A stretch of 64,000 nucleotides of DNA from Gammaproteobacteria bacterium (GTDB lineage Bacteria > Pseudomonadota > Gammaproteobacteria > GCA-002705445 > GCA-002716945). Every line of letters starts with the position of its first letter. Within the stretch, counting starts at the first letter, position 1. The notes under the pieces are model-generated. The model was not told the DNA's origin, ran no database searches, and saw nothing but the letters and a program-made list of their open reading frames with translations. The stretch covers positions 811,328-875,327 of the forward strand of contig JAYQJW010000002.1 in the NCBI GenBank assembly GCA_038142325.1. The letters are read 5' to 3'. A program made the position numbers and the translations under genes. Of the stretch, positions 32,854 to 43,531 are shown piece by piece.

Positions 32854-33906
32854 TTATTGTAACAGTTTACCAAAAATTTGATATCTCCACCCACTCATAA
32901 ACTTTGTCTTATTACTTGTGAGAGAAAATATCTCAATATCTCTCTTGTTGGCGATAATCGTAGAGTCAATTTTATATTCGTCTGAGACGTAACTTAGCAA
33001 CTTGTTATATTTTTGTTCGATATTTTTCGTAGATGGCAAATTTTTATTTTTAATTATTTTTTTAGACTCTAATAATTCATTTAAATCTTTCTTCTCGCGT
33101 TCCGTAATATCATGTTTAATATTATTTATTATTTCTGATGTTTTGTTATTATTGCTAACTATTATTTTAATCATTTGAGAATCGCTTAATAACCATCTCT
33201 TTGGAATATTATATTTAATAGCTAGATTCTCTCTCCATAATGAAGTTTTCTTTAATAATTCTATGTTTTCAGATTCAAAGTATAATGGATAATTAACTTT
33301 CTCCCATGCATCAGCTGGCTTGATTATTATATTAGATTTTTGTAACTCAGCATTTTGCTCTTCTTTAAACCATGAATAACGATTAAGTTTCTTTAAACTT
33401 TTTACAAGTTCATTTTTTATATTAATTAAATACTTAACATCGTCAGCTGCATAATTCTTTTTTTCATCACTCAATGGTCTCTTTAACCAATTAGTTCTCC
33501 ATGAGCCCTCTTTGATGTCCACATCACAGATGTTCTTAACTAGAGTTGAATACCCCATGTTAGATTTTTCAAATAATAAATTAGATGCAATTTGAGTATC
33601 AAAAATATTACAGGGAAATTCTTTGGTATAAGCATATAATGCCTCTAAATCTTGTTTTGAGGAGTGGATTATTTTGACTATGTTATTGTCAATAAGCATC
33701 TTATTTATCAAATCAATGTCTGAAATACTCAGAGGATCTATAAGATAAATGTCATCATCAGGGAGCGAAATTTGAATCAATGCAAGGATAGGTCTATATG
33801 TAGACTCGCGTATGAACTCAGTATCTAATCCTATTTCTTGGCAATCTTTGATTTTTAAAAAAAGATTATTGAGTTTTTTGTCTGAATCGACGAGAAAATT
33901 TGTCAT
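32854..33906 (-). CDS. rnd: Ribonuclease D
   Basis: LDTEF.RE.TY, FDTQIA, W..RPL...YAA.DV, HRDC region, GWR near the end. Confidence 0.9.
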   Translation of the reverse strand: MTNFLVDSDKKLNNLFLKIKDCQEIGLDTEFIRESTYRPILALIQISLPDDDIYLIDPLSISDIDLINKMLIDNNIVKIIHSSKQDLEALYAYTKEFPCNIFDTQIASNLLFEKSNMGYSTLVKNICDVDIKEGSWRTNWLKRPLSDEKKNYAADDVKYLINIKNELVKSLKKLNRYSWFKEEQNAELQKSNIIIKPADAWEKVNYPLYFESENIELLKKTSLWRENLAIKYNIPKRWLLSDSQMIKIIVSNNNKTSEIINNIKHDITEREKKDLNELLESKKIIKNKNLPSTKNIEQKYNKLLSYVSDEYKIDSTIIANKRDIEIFSLTSNKTKFMSGWRYQIFGKLLQ

Positions 33907-33950
33907 AATTATAAAAAATATGATGATAACATAACTTCATAAATGCTTAC

Positions 33951-34478
33951 ATGTTAAAAAAATATCTTTTAGAGAATTGTGAATTTATTCAATCATCTAA
34001 TTATGATGATAGGCCAAAGAATATGGAAATTGATTCCATAATTATACATTGCATCAGTTTGCCGGAGAGTGAATTTAACAATGACAACGTAATTAATCTG
34101 TTCCTAAATAAACTAAATTATAATTGTCATCCATCTTTCACGTCACTAAAAAACATCAGAGTCTCATCACATTTATTCATTAAAAGAACTGGAGAAATAA
34201 TTCAATTTGTTCCGTTTGATAAAAGAGCATGGCATGCTGGTGTATCTAAATATAAAGGAAGAGAGAACTTTAATGACTTTTCTATTGGAATTGAACTTCA
34301 TGGCTCAATATCTGAGCAATACACAGAAAAACAATACCAAGCTTTGAATTACTGTATCAGTCATTTGAAAGAATTATTTCCATCAATACAAGATAGTAAT
34401 ATACTTGGACATAATGAAATTGCGTCAGATAGAAAAGAAGATCCAGGTCCAAATTTCATATGGAGTAAGATAAAATAA
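33951..34478 (+). CDS. ampD: 1,6-anhydro-N-acetylmuramyl-L-alanine amidase
   Basis: IIHCISLP, VSSH, RAWHAG, SIGIEL, GH..IA..RK.DPG. Confidence 0.93.
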   Translation: MLKKYLLENCEFIQSSNYDDRPKNMEIDSIIIHCISLPESEFNNDNVINLFLNKLNYNCHPSFTSLKNIRVSSHLFIKRTGEIIQFVPFDKRAWHAGVSKYKGRENFNDFSIGIELHGSISEQYTEKQYQALNYCISHLKELFPSIQDSNILGHNEIASDRKEDPGPNFIWSKIK

Positions 34479-34481
34479 AAT

Positions 34482-35336
34482 ATGATTACAGTATCACTAA
34501 TACTCATTGCTCTAGCTATAGAATATTTTTATGATGATATAAAAAAATATAGAAGAAATGATATTGTAATCAAATCATATAGCTTATTTGAACAATTTTT
34601 CAATGATGAGAAATACTCAAAAGATATAAAGTTTTTATTATTTTTAGTAGCTATATTATTTTTTTCTATGATCTTAGTGACATTGTCATATTATTTATCT
34701 TCTGTGCTTTATTATTTACTTAGTCTTTTGCTAGTATTATTCTCACTAAGAACTAATGAATATAATAGAGAGATAGAAGAATTTAAAATTAAACTTGAGT
34801 TTAACAAAGACAGCATAGACAACAAGATGTTATATTCTTTATGTCCAAACCTTAAACAAACTCGAGCTAAATCAAACATAAATAATCTTGTAATAAAGAA
34901 TCTTTTCTTTAATTCAATGAGAAATACGTTTTCTGTGATTTTTGTCTTTATTCTGTTAGGAGCTCCTGCTGCTCTGACATATAAAGTTATTGATTTAATG
35001 CTTTACTCAGATATTTTCAAAATTAATATCCAAACAAAAAATAATATCAAAAAGTATGTATATTTTATTGACTATATACCAATAAGGCTAACTTCTTACT
35101 CTTTATCCATTGTGAGTAATTATGATCGTGTCATAGACAAAATTAACAACCTCAAACTATCCAATAATATGTATCTAAGTAATATTGAGTATATAAATCA
35201 AACTGGGGAAGCCGTATATGATGCATCTCAAAAAGAAATCGATCAAATTATACAAATTCAAAATATATTATCTAGGACGCTTATAGCCTGGCTAAGTATA
35301 ATTTTCCTACTTGGTATTACTGGTTTTTTTATCTGA
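34482..35336 (+). CDS. ampE: AmpE-like inner-membrane protein (divergent)
   Basis: Multi-TM; follows ampD; F.VIF.F.LLG.P.AL.Y and D.IP.RL motifs. Confidence 0.6.
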   Translation: MITVSLILIALAIEYFYDDIKKYRRNDIVIKSYSLFEQFFNDEKYSKDIKFLLFLVAILFFSMILVTLSYYLSSVLYYLLSLLLVLFSLRTNEYNREIEEFKIKLEFNKDSIDNKMLYSLCPNLKQTRAKSNINNLVIKNLFFNSMRNTFSVIFVFILLGAPAALTYKVIDLMLYSDIFKINIQTKNNIKKYVYFIDYIPIRLTSYSLSIVSNYDRVIDKINNLKLSNNMYLSNIEYINQTGEAVYDASQKEIDQIIQIQNILSRTLIAWLSIIFLLGITGFFI

Positions 35337-35966
35337 GAATGAATAGTATTTGATACCAATTTCTACATTACCTCTATTATTCTTATGTCTCCAAATATTT
35401 GTATCTCTCAATGAATAAACACAACCACAATATTCTTGCATATAGAATTCTTGTTCTTTAGAAACTTTTAGCATATTTTCTGAACCTTTATTTTTTCTCC
35501 AATTAAATGTCCAATATTTAATATTTGTAAATTGCGAAGCTGCTTTTACACCAGAATGATTTATCTGGGACATATCTTTCCATCGAGAAATTCCTAATGT
35601 GCTAGAGATAAGGGAAAAATTATTTTCATACGCATATTCTGCTGTTTTGTAAAATCTCATATCAAAGCATGTTGAGCACCGTTTACCTCTCTCAGGTTCC
35701 CATTCTTGCCCTTTTGTTTTGTTAAACCAATTTTTAGTATCATAATCTGCATCAATAAACGGAATATCATTTGCTATTGCGAATTGTAAATTTTCATCTT
35801 TTCTTAAGAGATATTCTTTCTTTGGATGTATATTTGGATTATAGAAGTATATTGTATAGTCGATATTTGATTCCTTTAATCTAAGCATTATATCTCCTGA
35901 GCATGGCGCGCAGCAGCTATGCAATAATAATTTTTTATGTCCGTCAGGTAAACTAATATCAGTCAT
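35307..35966 (-). CDS. queH: Epoxyqueuosine reductase QueH (B12-independent)
   Basis: LLHSCCAPCS, FYNPNIHP, E.G.RC..CF..R, Q.YCGC. Confidence 0.92.
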   Translation of the reverse strand: MTDISLPDGHKKLLLHSCCAPCSGDIMLRLKESNIDYTIYFYNPNIHPKKEYLLRKDENLQFAIANDIPFIDADYDTKNWFNKTKGQEWEPERGKRCSTCFDMRFYKTAEYAYENNFSLISSTLGISRWKDMSQINHSGVKAASQFTNIKYWTFNWRKNKGSENMLKVSKEQEFYMQEYCGCVYSLRDTNIWRHKNNRGNVEIGIKYYSFSDKKTSNTK

Positions 35967-36766
35967 TGTTTATATTAAAAAATGTACAACTATTTTTGTA
36001 AAGCTGTTTAGCAAAACTATTTTTGTCTTTGTTTAAAATTGATGCAATTGCATCTAATACATATATTAAATTAGACGGTTCATTATATTTTTTATTAAGT
36101 TATTGAATCTGAAAATGGCATCAAATATGGTGAATCAGTCTCAATCATAAGTCTATCATCAGGTATATATTTAATAATCTCATGAAGATGGTACCCTCTG
36201 TTTGGGTCAGTAATCCATCCCGTTAAACCTATATAACAACCTAAATCTAAGTAACTCTTTAAGCTTGCTTTATTACCAGTAAAACAGTGTACCACTGCAT
36301 CTTCTATCAAATGATAGTATTGACGAAGAAGTATAATAAAATCTTCATAAGCTTCTCTTTCATGAAGAAACATTGGAAGATTTACTTCGGTTGCAAGCTC
36401 AAGATGTTTTTTAAAACAATAAATTTGCTCATTTTTTGATGAATAGTTTCTCTTATAATCAAGCCCGCACTCACCTATAGCTTTAACATAAGGCTTAGAT
36501 GTTAAATCTTTCATTTGATCATAATAACTATCCTTAAAATCTTTTGCGTTGTGAGGATGGAAGCCAACAGTAGTATATAAAAGATCTGGTTCTCTATTAA
36601 TTAATTCAACCGCATTTTTAGTATCATCAATATGAGATGATGTAATAATAATTTTTTTAAGATATTTTTCTTTTGAACGAAATATTATTTCATCAAAGTT
36701 ACTATAGAGTTGTTTATCTAAAAGATTAGCCCCTATATCAAATAAGGGCTGAGAAAAATCAACCAT
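35959..36766 (-). CDS. tatD: TatD-family nuclease (frameshift near the C-terminus)
   Basis: FDIGANL, GFHPH, IGECGLD, FLHER, VHCF, ETDSPY. Confidence 0.9.
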
Positions 36767-37652
36767 TAAGTTTTTGAAGAACTGACTGGACTGTTTCACC
36801 AATCACAGATGGGTTTCTTGCTATGGTAACGCCTGCTGCTTTAAGAATTTCTACTTTTTCTGCTGCTGATTCACCGCCTGCACTTACAATTGCTCCAGCA
36901 TGTCCCATTCTTTTTCCTTTTGGCGCAGTAAGCCCAGCAATATAAGCTACTACTGGTTTTGTAACATTATTTTTTGCATACTCTGCAGCCTCAGCTTCTT
37001 GAGGGCCGCCTATTTCACCAATCATTAAAATTACTTTAGTTTCATCGTCTTGTTCAAATTTAACAAGATGATCTTTAAATGCACTTCCATTTATAGGATC
37101 TCCCCCTATTCCGACGCTTGTTGATATTCCTATACCAAGATCTTTCATTTGTTGCGCAGCCTCATAACCAAGAGTTCCAGAACGACCAATAACACCTACG
37201 TTCCCCTCTTTATAAATATGACCAGGCATGATTCCAAGCATGCACTTACCTGGGCTAATAACTCCTGCGCAATTAGGTCCAACCATTGTCATCCTATCTT
37301 CAGGATTAAATGTTTTTAAAAATCTTTTTACTTTGATCATATCATGTGCGGGAATTCCATCTGTAATTGCAACTAATGTCTTAATACCCGCTTCTGCAGC
37401 TTCCATTGCTGAATCAGCAGCAAATGCTGGTGGCACGAAAAGAATTGAAGCATCAGCTCCAGTCTGTTCAACAGCATCCTTTACAGTATTAAATACAGGA
37501 CGATCCAAGTGTGTTTGCCCACCTTTTCCAGGAGTTACTCCACCTACAACATTTGTTCCATACTCTAACATCTCCTCTGCATGGAATGTTCCAATTTTTC
37601 CTGTGAAACCTTGAATGATTATTTTTGATTCTTTTGTAATTAAAATTGCCAT
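36759..37652 (-). CDS. mtkB: Malate-CoA ligase (malate thiokinase) alpha subunit, SucD family
   Basis: GTFHA.EM..YG, ITDGIPAHDM..VKR.L, GPNCAG.IS, RMGHAGA; in an operon with mcl. Confidence 0.8.
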   Translation of the reverse strand: MAILITKESKIIIQGFTGKIGTFHAEEMLEYGTNVVGGVTPGKGGQTHLDRPVFNTVKDAVEQTGADASILFVPPAFAADSAMEAAEAGIKTLVAITDGIPAHDMIKVKRFLKTFNPEDRMTMVGPNCAGVISPGKCMLGIMPGHIYKEGNVGVIGRSGTLGYEAAQQMKDLGIGISTSVGIGGDPINGSAFKDHLVKFEQDDETKVILMIGEIGGPQEAEAAEYAKNNVTKPVVAYIAGLTAPKGKRMGHAGAIVSAGGESAAEKVEILKAAGVTIARNPSVIGETVQSVLQKLNG

Positions 37653-37658
37653 AAAATA

Positions 37659-38831
37659 TTAATTTCCAAGATTTTTTAAAGCTTCAACTGCTTTGTTAGC
37701 TGCATCCTCTAATGAGAAAGCTTCTGTATATTCAATTTTACTGTCTTTAAGTATTTTTATACCTTGATCAACATTAGTGCCAGCAAGTCTAATGACAAGT
37801 GGTTGTTCAATATTTATTTGATTTAATGCATCTACAATTCCTTGTGCTACCCAATCACATCTATTGATACCTGCAAAGATGTTAATAAGTATTACTTTTA
37901 CATTTGGATCACCAGAAATAAGCTTAAAAGCTTTAACAAATTTCTCAGGAGTAGCTCCTCCACCCACATCCAAAAAGTTTGCAGGTTGTCCTCCGGCTAA
38001 CTGAATCATATCCATCGATGCCATAGCTAACCCAGCACCATTGATGATATTGCCGATATCACCATCTAATGGTATGTAATTTAAACCTTGTTCGTGAGCA
38101 AATGTTTCCTTAGGGTCCTCTTGAGACTTGTCTTTCAAATCATGAAACTCAGAATTTCTATATAATGCATTATCATCAAATGACATTTTACAATCTAAGG
38201 CTAAGACTTGCTCGTCTCCTGTGAGTACAAGCGGATTAATTTCGACCATAGTAGCATCCGAGCTAGTAAATGCTTTATAAGCTCCGAGAATTGCTTGTGC
38301 ACATTGATTAACAGCTTTTGACTCTAAGCCAAGTGCAAATGCTATTTGACGAGCCTGATAAGGCTGCATACCAACTGCTGCTTCAATTCTTGTTTTAATG
38401 AGAGACTCTGGTTTTTCTTCAGCAATTTCTTCGACGCTCATTCCGCCTTCCGATGAGGCTACTACCATAATACTTTCTGAACTTCTATCGAGAACCAATC
38501 CAAGATAGAATTCTTTCTTAATATCTGTTCCTTCTTCTATGTAAACTCTCTCAACGGGTTTACCATCTGGACCTGTTTGATGAGTAACTAGAGTTTTACC
38601 AATTAACTTACTGGCTGCATCAGATACTTCTTGTTCAGACTTACATACAATAATTCCGCCTGCTTTACCTCTTGCGCCGGAGTGAATTTGGGCTTTTACA
38701 ACCCAAAGATTTCCGCCAAGTTCTTTTGCACTATTAATTGCCTCTTCAGGATTATGTGCTATGCCACCTCTAGGGATTGAGACGCCATGCTTAGCAAGAA
38801 TTTCTTTTGCTTGATACTCGTGTATGTTCAT
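37659..38831 (-). CDS. mtkA: Malate-CoA ligase beta subunit, SucC family
   Basis: KAQIHSGARGKAGG and NIFAGINRCDWVA, which are Mtk-type rather than SucC-type (GGRGKAGG / NIFGGIVRCD). Confidence 0.82.
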   Translation of the reverse strand: MNIHEYQAKEILAKHGVSIPRGGIAHNPEEAINSAKELGGNLWVVKAQIHSGARGKAGGIIVCKSEQEVSDAASKLIGKTLVTHQTGPDGKPVERVYIEEGTDIKKEFYLGLVLDRSSESIMVVASSEGGMSVEEIAEEKPESLIKTRIEAAVGMQPYQARQIAFALGLESKAVNQCAQAILGAYKAFTSSDATMVEINPLVLTGDEQVLALDCKMSFDDNALYRNSEFHDLKDKSQEDPKETFAHEQGLNYIPLDGDIGNIINGAGLAMASMDMIQLAGGQPANFLDVGGGATPEKFVKAFKLISGDPNVKVILINIFAGINRCDWVAQGIVDALNQINIEQPLVIRLAGTNVDQGIKILKDSKIEYTEAFSLEDAANKAVEALKNLGN

Positions 38832-39772
38832 TATTTTTTAGATTGTATTAATTTGTCAATATTAACAATGTTCTCAGCCATACGCTCCGACGCAGCATCA
38901 ATCATTCTTCCATCAAGTTGAGCAGCTCCACGACCTTCTGCTGCAGCTTTAGCTAGTTCTTCAATGATTCTTTTTGCTTTATCTACCTCAGCTTCTGGTG
39001 GTGAGAACACATCATTAGCATGTTCTATCTGCGAAGGATGTATTGCCCATTTACCTTCAATACCTATTGCTGCACCTCTTTTAGCAGCTTTAATATATCC
39101 ATCAGGGTCTTGAATGTCACCAAATGGGCCGTCTATAGGTCTCAAGCCAAAGGCACGACATGTTGCTACTAATTTAGATAGGCCATGATGCCACTGATCT
39201 CCAGGGTAATCTGGATTTAAACCACCTATTACTACTGTTCTTGCTCTTAAACTCGCGGCATAGTCTGCTACACCAAAATGAAGAGCTTCTAATCTACTTG
39301 ACGATTGTGCTATTTCCTCAATATTAACCATACCTAGTGCACTTTCTATTAAACACTCTAGGCCGATTTTATTCTCTAATTCACGTTCTTGTTCAATTTG
39401 TGTAACCATACAATCAACCATATAGACATCGTCCCTTACACCCACTTTAGGAATTAAGATTGTGTCTATAAATTCTCCAGCTTGCATCATTAACTCAACA
39501 ACATCGCGGTACATATAGTGTGTATCTAAACCGTTTATACGAACAGAAATAGTTTTACCATGTCCACGCCAGTCGAGTTCTTTAAGGGCTTTAATTACGT
39601 TTTCTCGAGCTGATACTTTATCATTTGGAGAAACAGCATCTTCTAGGTCTAGGAATATATAATCTGCATCTGAATTGAGTGCTTTTTCGAACATTTTTGG
39701 AGATGAACCTGGTACGGCTAACTCACTTCTTTGTAATCTTGTTTTGGCGCTTTTGTAAGACGTGTGACTCAT
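38831..39772 (-). CDS. mcl: L-malyl-CoA / beta-methylmalyl-CoA lyase
   Basis: RLQRSELAVPGS, LDLEDAV, RINGLDTHYMYRDVV, LHFGVADY, GKWAIHPSQ. Confidence 0.87.
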   Translation of the reverse strand: MSHTSYKSAKTRLQRSELAVPGSSPKMFEKALNSDADYIFLDLEDAVSPNDKVSARENVIKALKELDWRGHGKTISVRINGLDTHYMYRDVVELMMQAGEFIDTILIPKVGVRDDVYMVDCMVTQIEQERELENKIGLECLIESALGMVNIEEIAQSSSRLEALHFGVADYAASLRARTVVIGGLNPDYPGDQWHHGLSKLVATCRAFGLRPIDGPFGDIQDPDGYIKAAKRGAAIGIEGKWAIHPSQIEHANDVFSPPEAEVDKAKRIIEELAKAAAEGRGAAQLDGRMIDAASERMAENIVNIDKLIQSKK

Positions 39773-39885
39773 AATCTAATTCAATTTTGACTTGATATAC
39801 CCCTGTATATTAGCTATAACTCGATAAGTTTTGACGAAGTATATATGATAATTTTAAAATATGCAAAATACAGGGAAGTAAATAA

Positions 39886-40797
39886 GTGACTAAATTTGCA
39901 CTAGAAATCCAACAACTTAATAAAACCTATAGGAACGGTGTGAGAGCATTAAATGATATTAATTTGAATGTTCAAGATGGAGATTTATTTGCATTTCTGG
40001 GGCCCAATGGAGCAGGTAAATCTACTGTAATTGGAATTATTACAACGTTGGTAAATATAACTTCTGGCTCTGTTAAAGTATACGGAATGGACGTGGTTAA
40101 ACACCCTGAAGCAACAAAAAAGATGATTGGTGTAGTCCCACAAGAATATAATCTGAATCAATTTATCCCAATTCAAGAGACCATGATTAATATAGGAGGA
40201 TATTTTGGACTGTCAAAGAAAAAGTCTATGATGAGAACTCAAGAACTATTTGAAGATCTAGATATATGGCATAAAAGAGAATCTACTCCTAGAGAATTAT
40301 CGGGCGGCATGAAGAGACGACTCATGATTGCAAGAGCTTTGATTCATAATCCAAAACTTTTAATTCTTGATGAACCAACAGCAGGTGTTGATACAGAACT
40401 GAGATTAACGATGTGGGACTTTTTTAAGAAACTAAATCAAGATGGAGTAACAATCATACTTACTACACACTACCTGGAAGAGGCTGAGAGGTTATGTAAA
40501 AACTTAGCGATAATCCATCATGGAGAAGTAGTACAAAATTCTCCAATGAGTGAGGTTATTTCATCTACTAGAAAACACACTTATATCATTAGAACAGATT
40601 CAGATATTTCAAAAAGCAAAGTCTTTGAGGATAAAATAAAAATTATTGATGAAAAATCATGTGAAATAATGGTTGATAATAAAATATCTATCTCTCAAAT
40701 CATCAATGAATTTAATAAAAACAATGTTAATGTAGTCGACATATTAAGCAAGAGAAACAAGCTAGAGGAGCTTTTCATAGAGCTTACACAAAAATGA
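39886..40797 (+). CDS. yadG: ABC-2 transporter ATPase, YadG-like
   Basis: GPNGAGKST, LSGGMKRRLMIARAL, LTTHYLEEAE. Confidence 0.8.
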   Translation: MTKFALEIQQLNKTYRNGVRALNDINLNVQDGDLFAFLGPNGAGKSTVIGIITTLVNITSGSVKVYGMDVVKHPEATKKMIGVVPQEYNLNQFIPIQETMINIGGYFGLSKKKSMMRTQELFEDLDIWHKRESTPRELSGGMKRRLMIARALIHNPKLLILDEPTAGVDTELRLTMWDFFKKLNQDGVTIILTTHYLEEAERLCKNLAIIHHGEVVQNSPMSEVISSTRKHTYIIRTDSDISKSKVFEDKIKIIDEKSCEIMVDNKISISQIINEFNKNNVNVVDILSKRNKLEELFIELTQK

Positions 40798-41567
40798 TAA
40801 AAAAATTATATTTAATCCAGCTATCTACAATTTTTAAAAAAGAATTTGTACGTTGGTCAAGGATTTGGATTCAAACAATACTTCCATCAGTGATAACTAT
40901 CTTTTTATACATAACTATATTTGGAAACTTTATTGGTTCACGAATCGGTGAGATAAATGAATTGCCATACATACACTTTATAATACCGGGTTTAATTATC
41001 ATGCCTATCATTTCTAATTCATACATGAATGTAGTTGGCTCCTTTTATAGTGGTAGATTTCAAAAAAGTATCGAAGAATTATTTGTATCTCCATTGTCTA
41101 CTCATGTCATATTAATTGGTTATGTAATGGGCGGAGTATCCAGAGCATTCGTTGTTGGTTTTGCTGTTTATTTAGTATCTCTAACTTTTACAAATATTCC
41201 CATCTATAATATTTACTTAGCAATTTTCTTAACATTACTTGTGAGTATACTTTTTTCAATTCTAGGTTTTATAAATGCTGTATATGCCAATAGTTTTGAC
41301 GATATCAACATTATCCCAACATTTGTATTAACTCCCCTAACATATTTAGGTGGCACATTTTATTCAATATACGATCTTCCTGAAATCTGGCAATCAATTT
41401 CAATGTTTAACCCAATAGCATACATGGTTAGTGCTTATCGTTATGCATTTATAGGTGTTGAAGAAATGAGTACTGGTAGTGCTATTGCAATGATGTTCAT
41501 GTTAATATTTATTATGTATAGCTTAGCTATATACCTACTTAACAAAGGAATAGGTGTAAAAAATTAA
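40794..41567 (+). CDS. yadH: ABC-2 transporter permease, YadH-like
   Basis: RIWIQTILP, FI.PGLI.M, FDDI.IIPTFVLTPLTYLGG.FYS. Confidence 0.85.
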   Translation: MIKKLYLIQLSTIFKKEFVRWSRIWIQTILPSVITIFLYITIFGNFIGSRIGEINELPYIHFIIPGLIIMPIISNSYMNVVGSFYSGRFQKSIEELFVSPLSTHVILIGYVMGGVSRAFVVGFAVYLVSLTFTNIPIYNIYLAIFLTLLVSILFSILGFINAVYANSFDDINIIPTFVLTPLTYLGGTFYSIYDLPEIWQSISMFNPIAYMVSAYRYAFIGVEEMSTGSAIAMMFMLIFIMYSLAIYLLNKGIGVKN

Positions 41568-41679
41568 CTCTCACGAGGTTGGGAAAGTCAGTGAATATAT
41601 AATCTGACACTGCCCCCGCAACGGTGAACAATAGTCCGAATGCCAACGTGGTGAGACCAACTTTAGCGGTGGTGCTATG
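41568..41679 (+). ncRNA. Cobalamin riboswitch, compact class-II type
   Basis: GGGAA..GTCAG/CTGAC stem, CTGCCCCCGCAACGGT, B12-box-like AGTCCGAATGCC, closing pairs TCTCAC/GTGAGA, then a TAGC-GGTGGT-GCTA hairpin overlapping the ATG; upstream of a btuB-like gene. Confidence 0.9.
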
Positions 41680-43526
41680 AAAAAATATTAATCAATAATT
41701 ATATAATCATATAAATTTATGACAGAAAAAATCTACTGATTTAAGTGGAGCTATTCAAAATTTAATACATTGTGCATTCACGAATAGCTATGCGAGCGAA
41801 AAACTGAATCCTTTTAATTGTCGGATATTATGAACTTTAAGAAAAATTATACTATTAGATTTACATTTTTCATCGCCTGCATCATTAGAAATCAATTCAA
41901 TCAATAGATAATATTCGATCTATGGAAGGTTTTTCAGATATAGATATCTCTGACATGCATTAAATTGAGCTATCATCAGCTCTATAAGCATAAGTTCTAA
42001 TGGAGGAATTGGGCAAATTAACATCTATTTTCACCAGAGGAACAGAGAGTAATCATACAAAATTTTTACTTGATGGAGTTGAGCTAAATCCAGGAACACT
42101 TGGCTTAGCGCCTATACAAAATATTGCAATTAACACTATTGATAGAGTAGAAATTATAAAAGGATCCTCATCTTCATTATATGGTGCAAACAATTGGGGG
42201 CGTCATAAATATAATTACTAAAAATGATTCTAATTCAATTAAAATTTCATCAGGCTCATGGTCAACAAATGAGGGAACGTTAGTCAAAAGTTTCACCTAA
42301 ATGGATTCAAGATATTCAATTAAGCGTAAATCGGAAAGAGTCTAAATCAATACCAGCAAAAGTTACATCAAATAAAAGGCATTCTATAACAGCGAGAACC
42401 TAATGCTGAATATTAAAAAGGAGATAAATGATTACAAGCTCTTTTCTAATAGTTTTTTAGTTCAAGGAAATACTCAATATGACTCTTTTGGATCTAATTT
42501 AAATCAAGACCATGATGATTATTTTATATGTTAGGCATTACAAATTATATTAATGAGTGACATTTTAGAAATTAAATATACAAAATCTCAAAATAAAATT
42601 ACTCAATCAGCACCCTCTGCCACTGATTTTACTAAAACGCTTAGAGATAAATATGAAATATCATACACAAATAACAAAAGTGTAAATGTTTCAAAATTTG
42701 GTTTCATTTACACAAAAGAACACATGAGTGAACTATCATATGGTACTAGATATATTGCAGATCCAATAATAAAGGAATTATTCGTATCAGAATGATTATA
42801 GTAATGCCTCTTCATTTATAAACTTTGGAGCCCGATTCATTAATCACTCTCAGTTCGGTGATTTTACCTCTGGCAATTTTGGTATATCTTTACTTTCGAT
42901 AATGAAGATGTTTACTCATTTAATATTAATAAATCCTATGAGAGCTCCAGATGCAACAGATTTATATGGCTATGGTGGCAATCCTAATCTACAACCTGAA
43001 GAAGTCTGTATCATATGAATTTGGTGTCAAAAGGTTAATAAATAATCACATTTAGTTTTGCAACTACTTTAAAACAAATTTAAAAAATCTAATTGAGTTC
43101 GATTCTAGCTCAGTTCAGTACGTTGCAAAATCAAAAATAACAGGTATTGAAACGGGTTATAAAATTAACAAATATCCATTTAAATATGACCTATCATATA
43201 CATATATGGTTCCAAGAGATATTAGTAATAATCAGTACTTATCGAAAAGAAGTAAACATAAAATTAATGCAGGTTTTATTTATGAAATAGATAATAACGA
43301 AGTTTATCTTTAAAATTAATTGGTGAGAAGCGGAAGAAAAGCATCTCCATTTTCTACAATTGAACTTGGATCATATTTTATTTTCAATGCTGGCTATAAT
43401 ATTAAGGTTAATAATAATATTTTAAATATTAGTATAAAAAATCTTTTTGATAAAAGTTATAGAAATTCTCATAACTATAATGCTGCAGATAGATCAGTCT
43501 TTCTTACATATAATTATCTTTACTGA
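41677..43526 (+). CDS. btuB: TonB-dependent cobalamin receptor, BtuB-like; many frameshifts (sequence errors or true decay)
   Basis: Fragments SIFTRGTESNHT..LLDGV, IDRVEIIKG..SSLYG, LYGYGGNPNLQPE, NLFDK.Y, aromatic C-terminus; riboswitch upstream. Start approximate. Confidence 0.8.
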
Positions 43527-43531
43527 TAAAC

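Noticed and set aside
39800-39876. Inverted repeat CCCTGTAT...ATACAGGG in the mcl/yadG divergent region
   Set aside because: Only 8 bp with a spacer of about 60 nt; no recognisable operator or RNA family can be supported.
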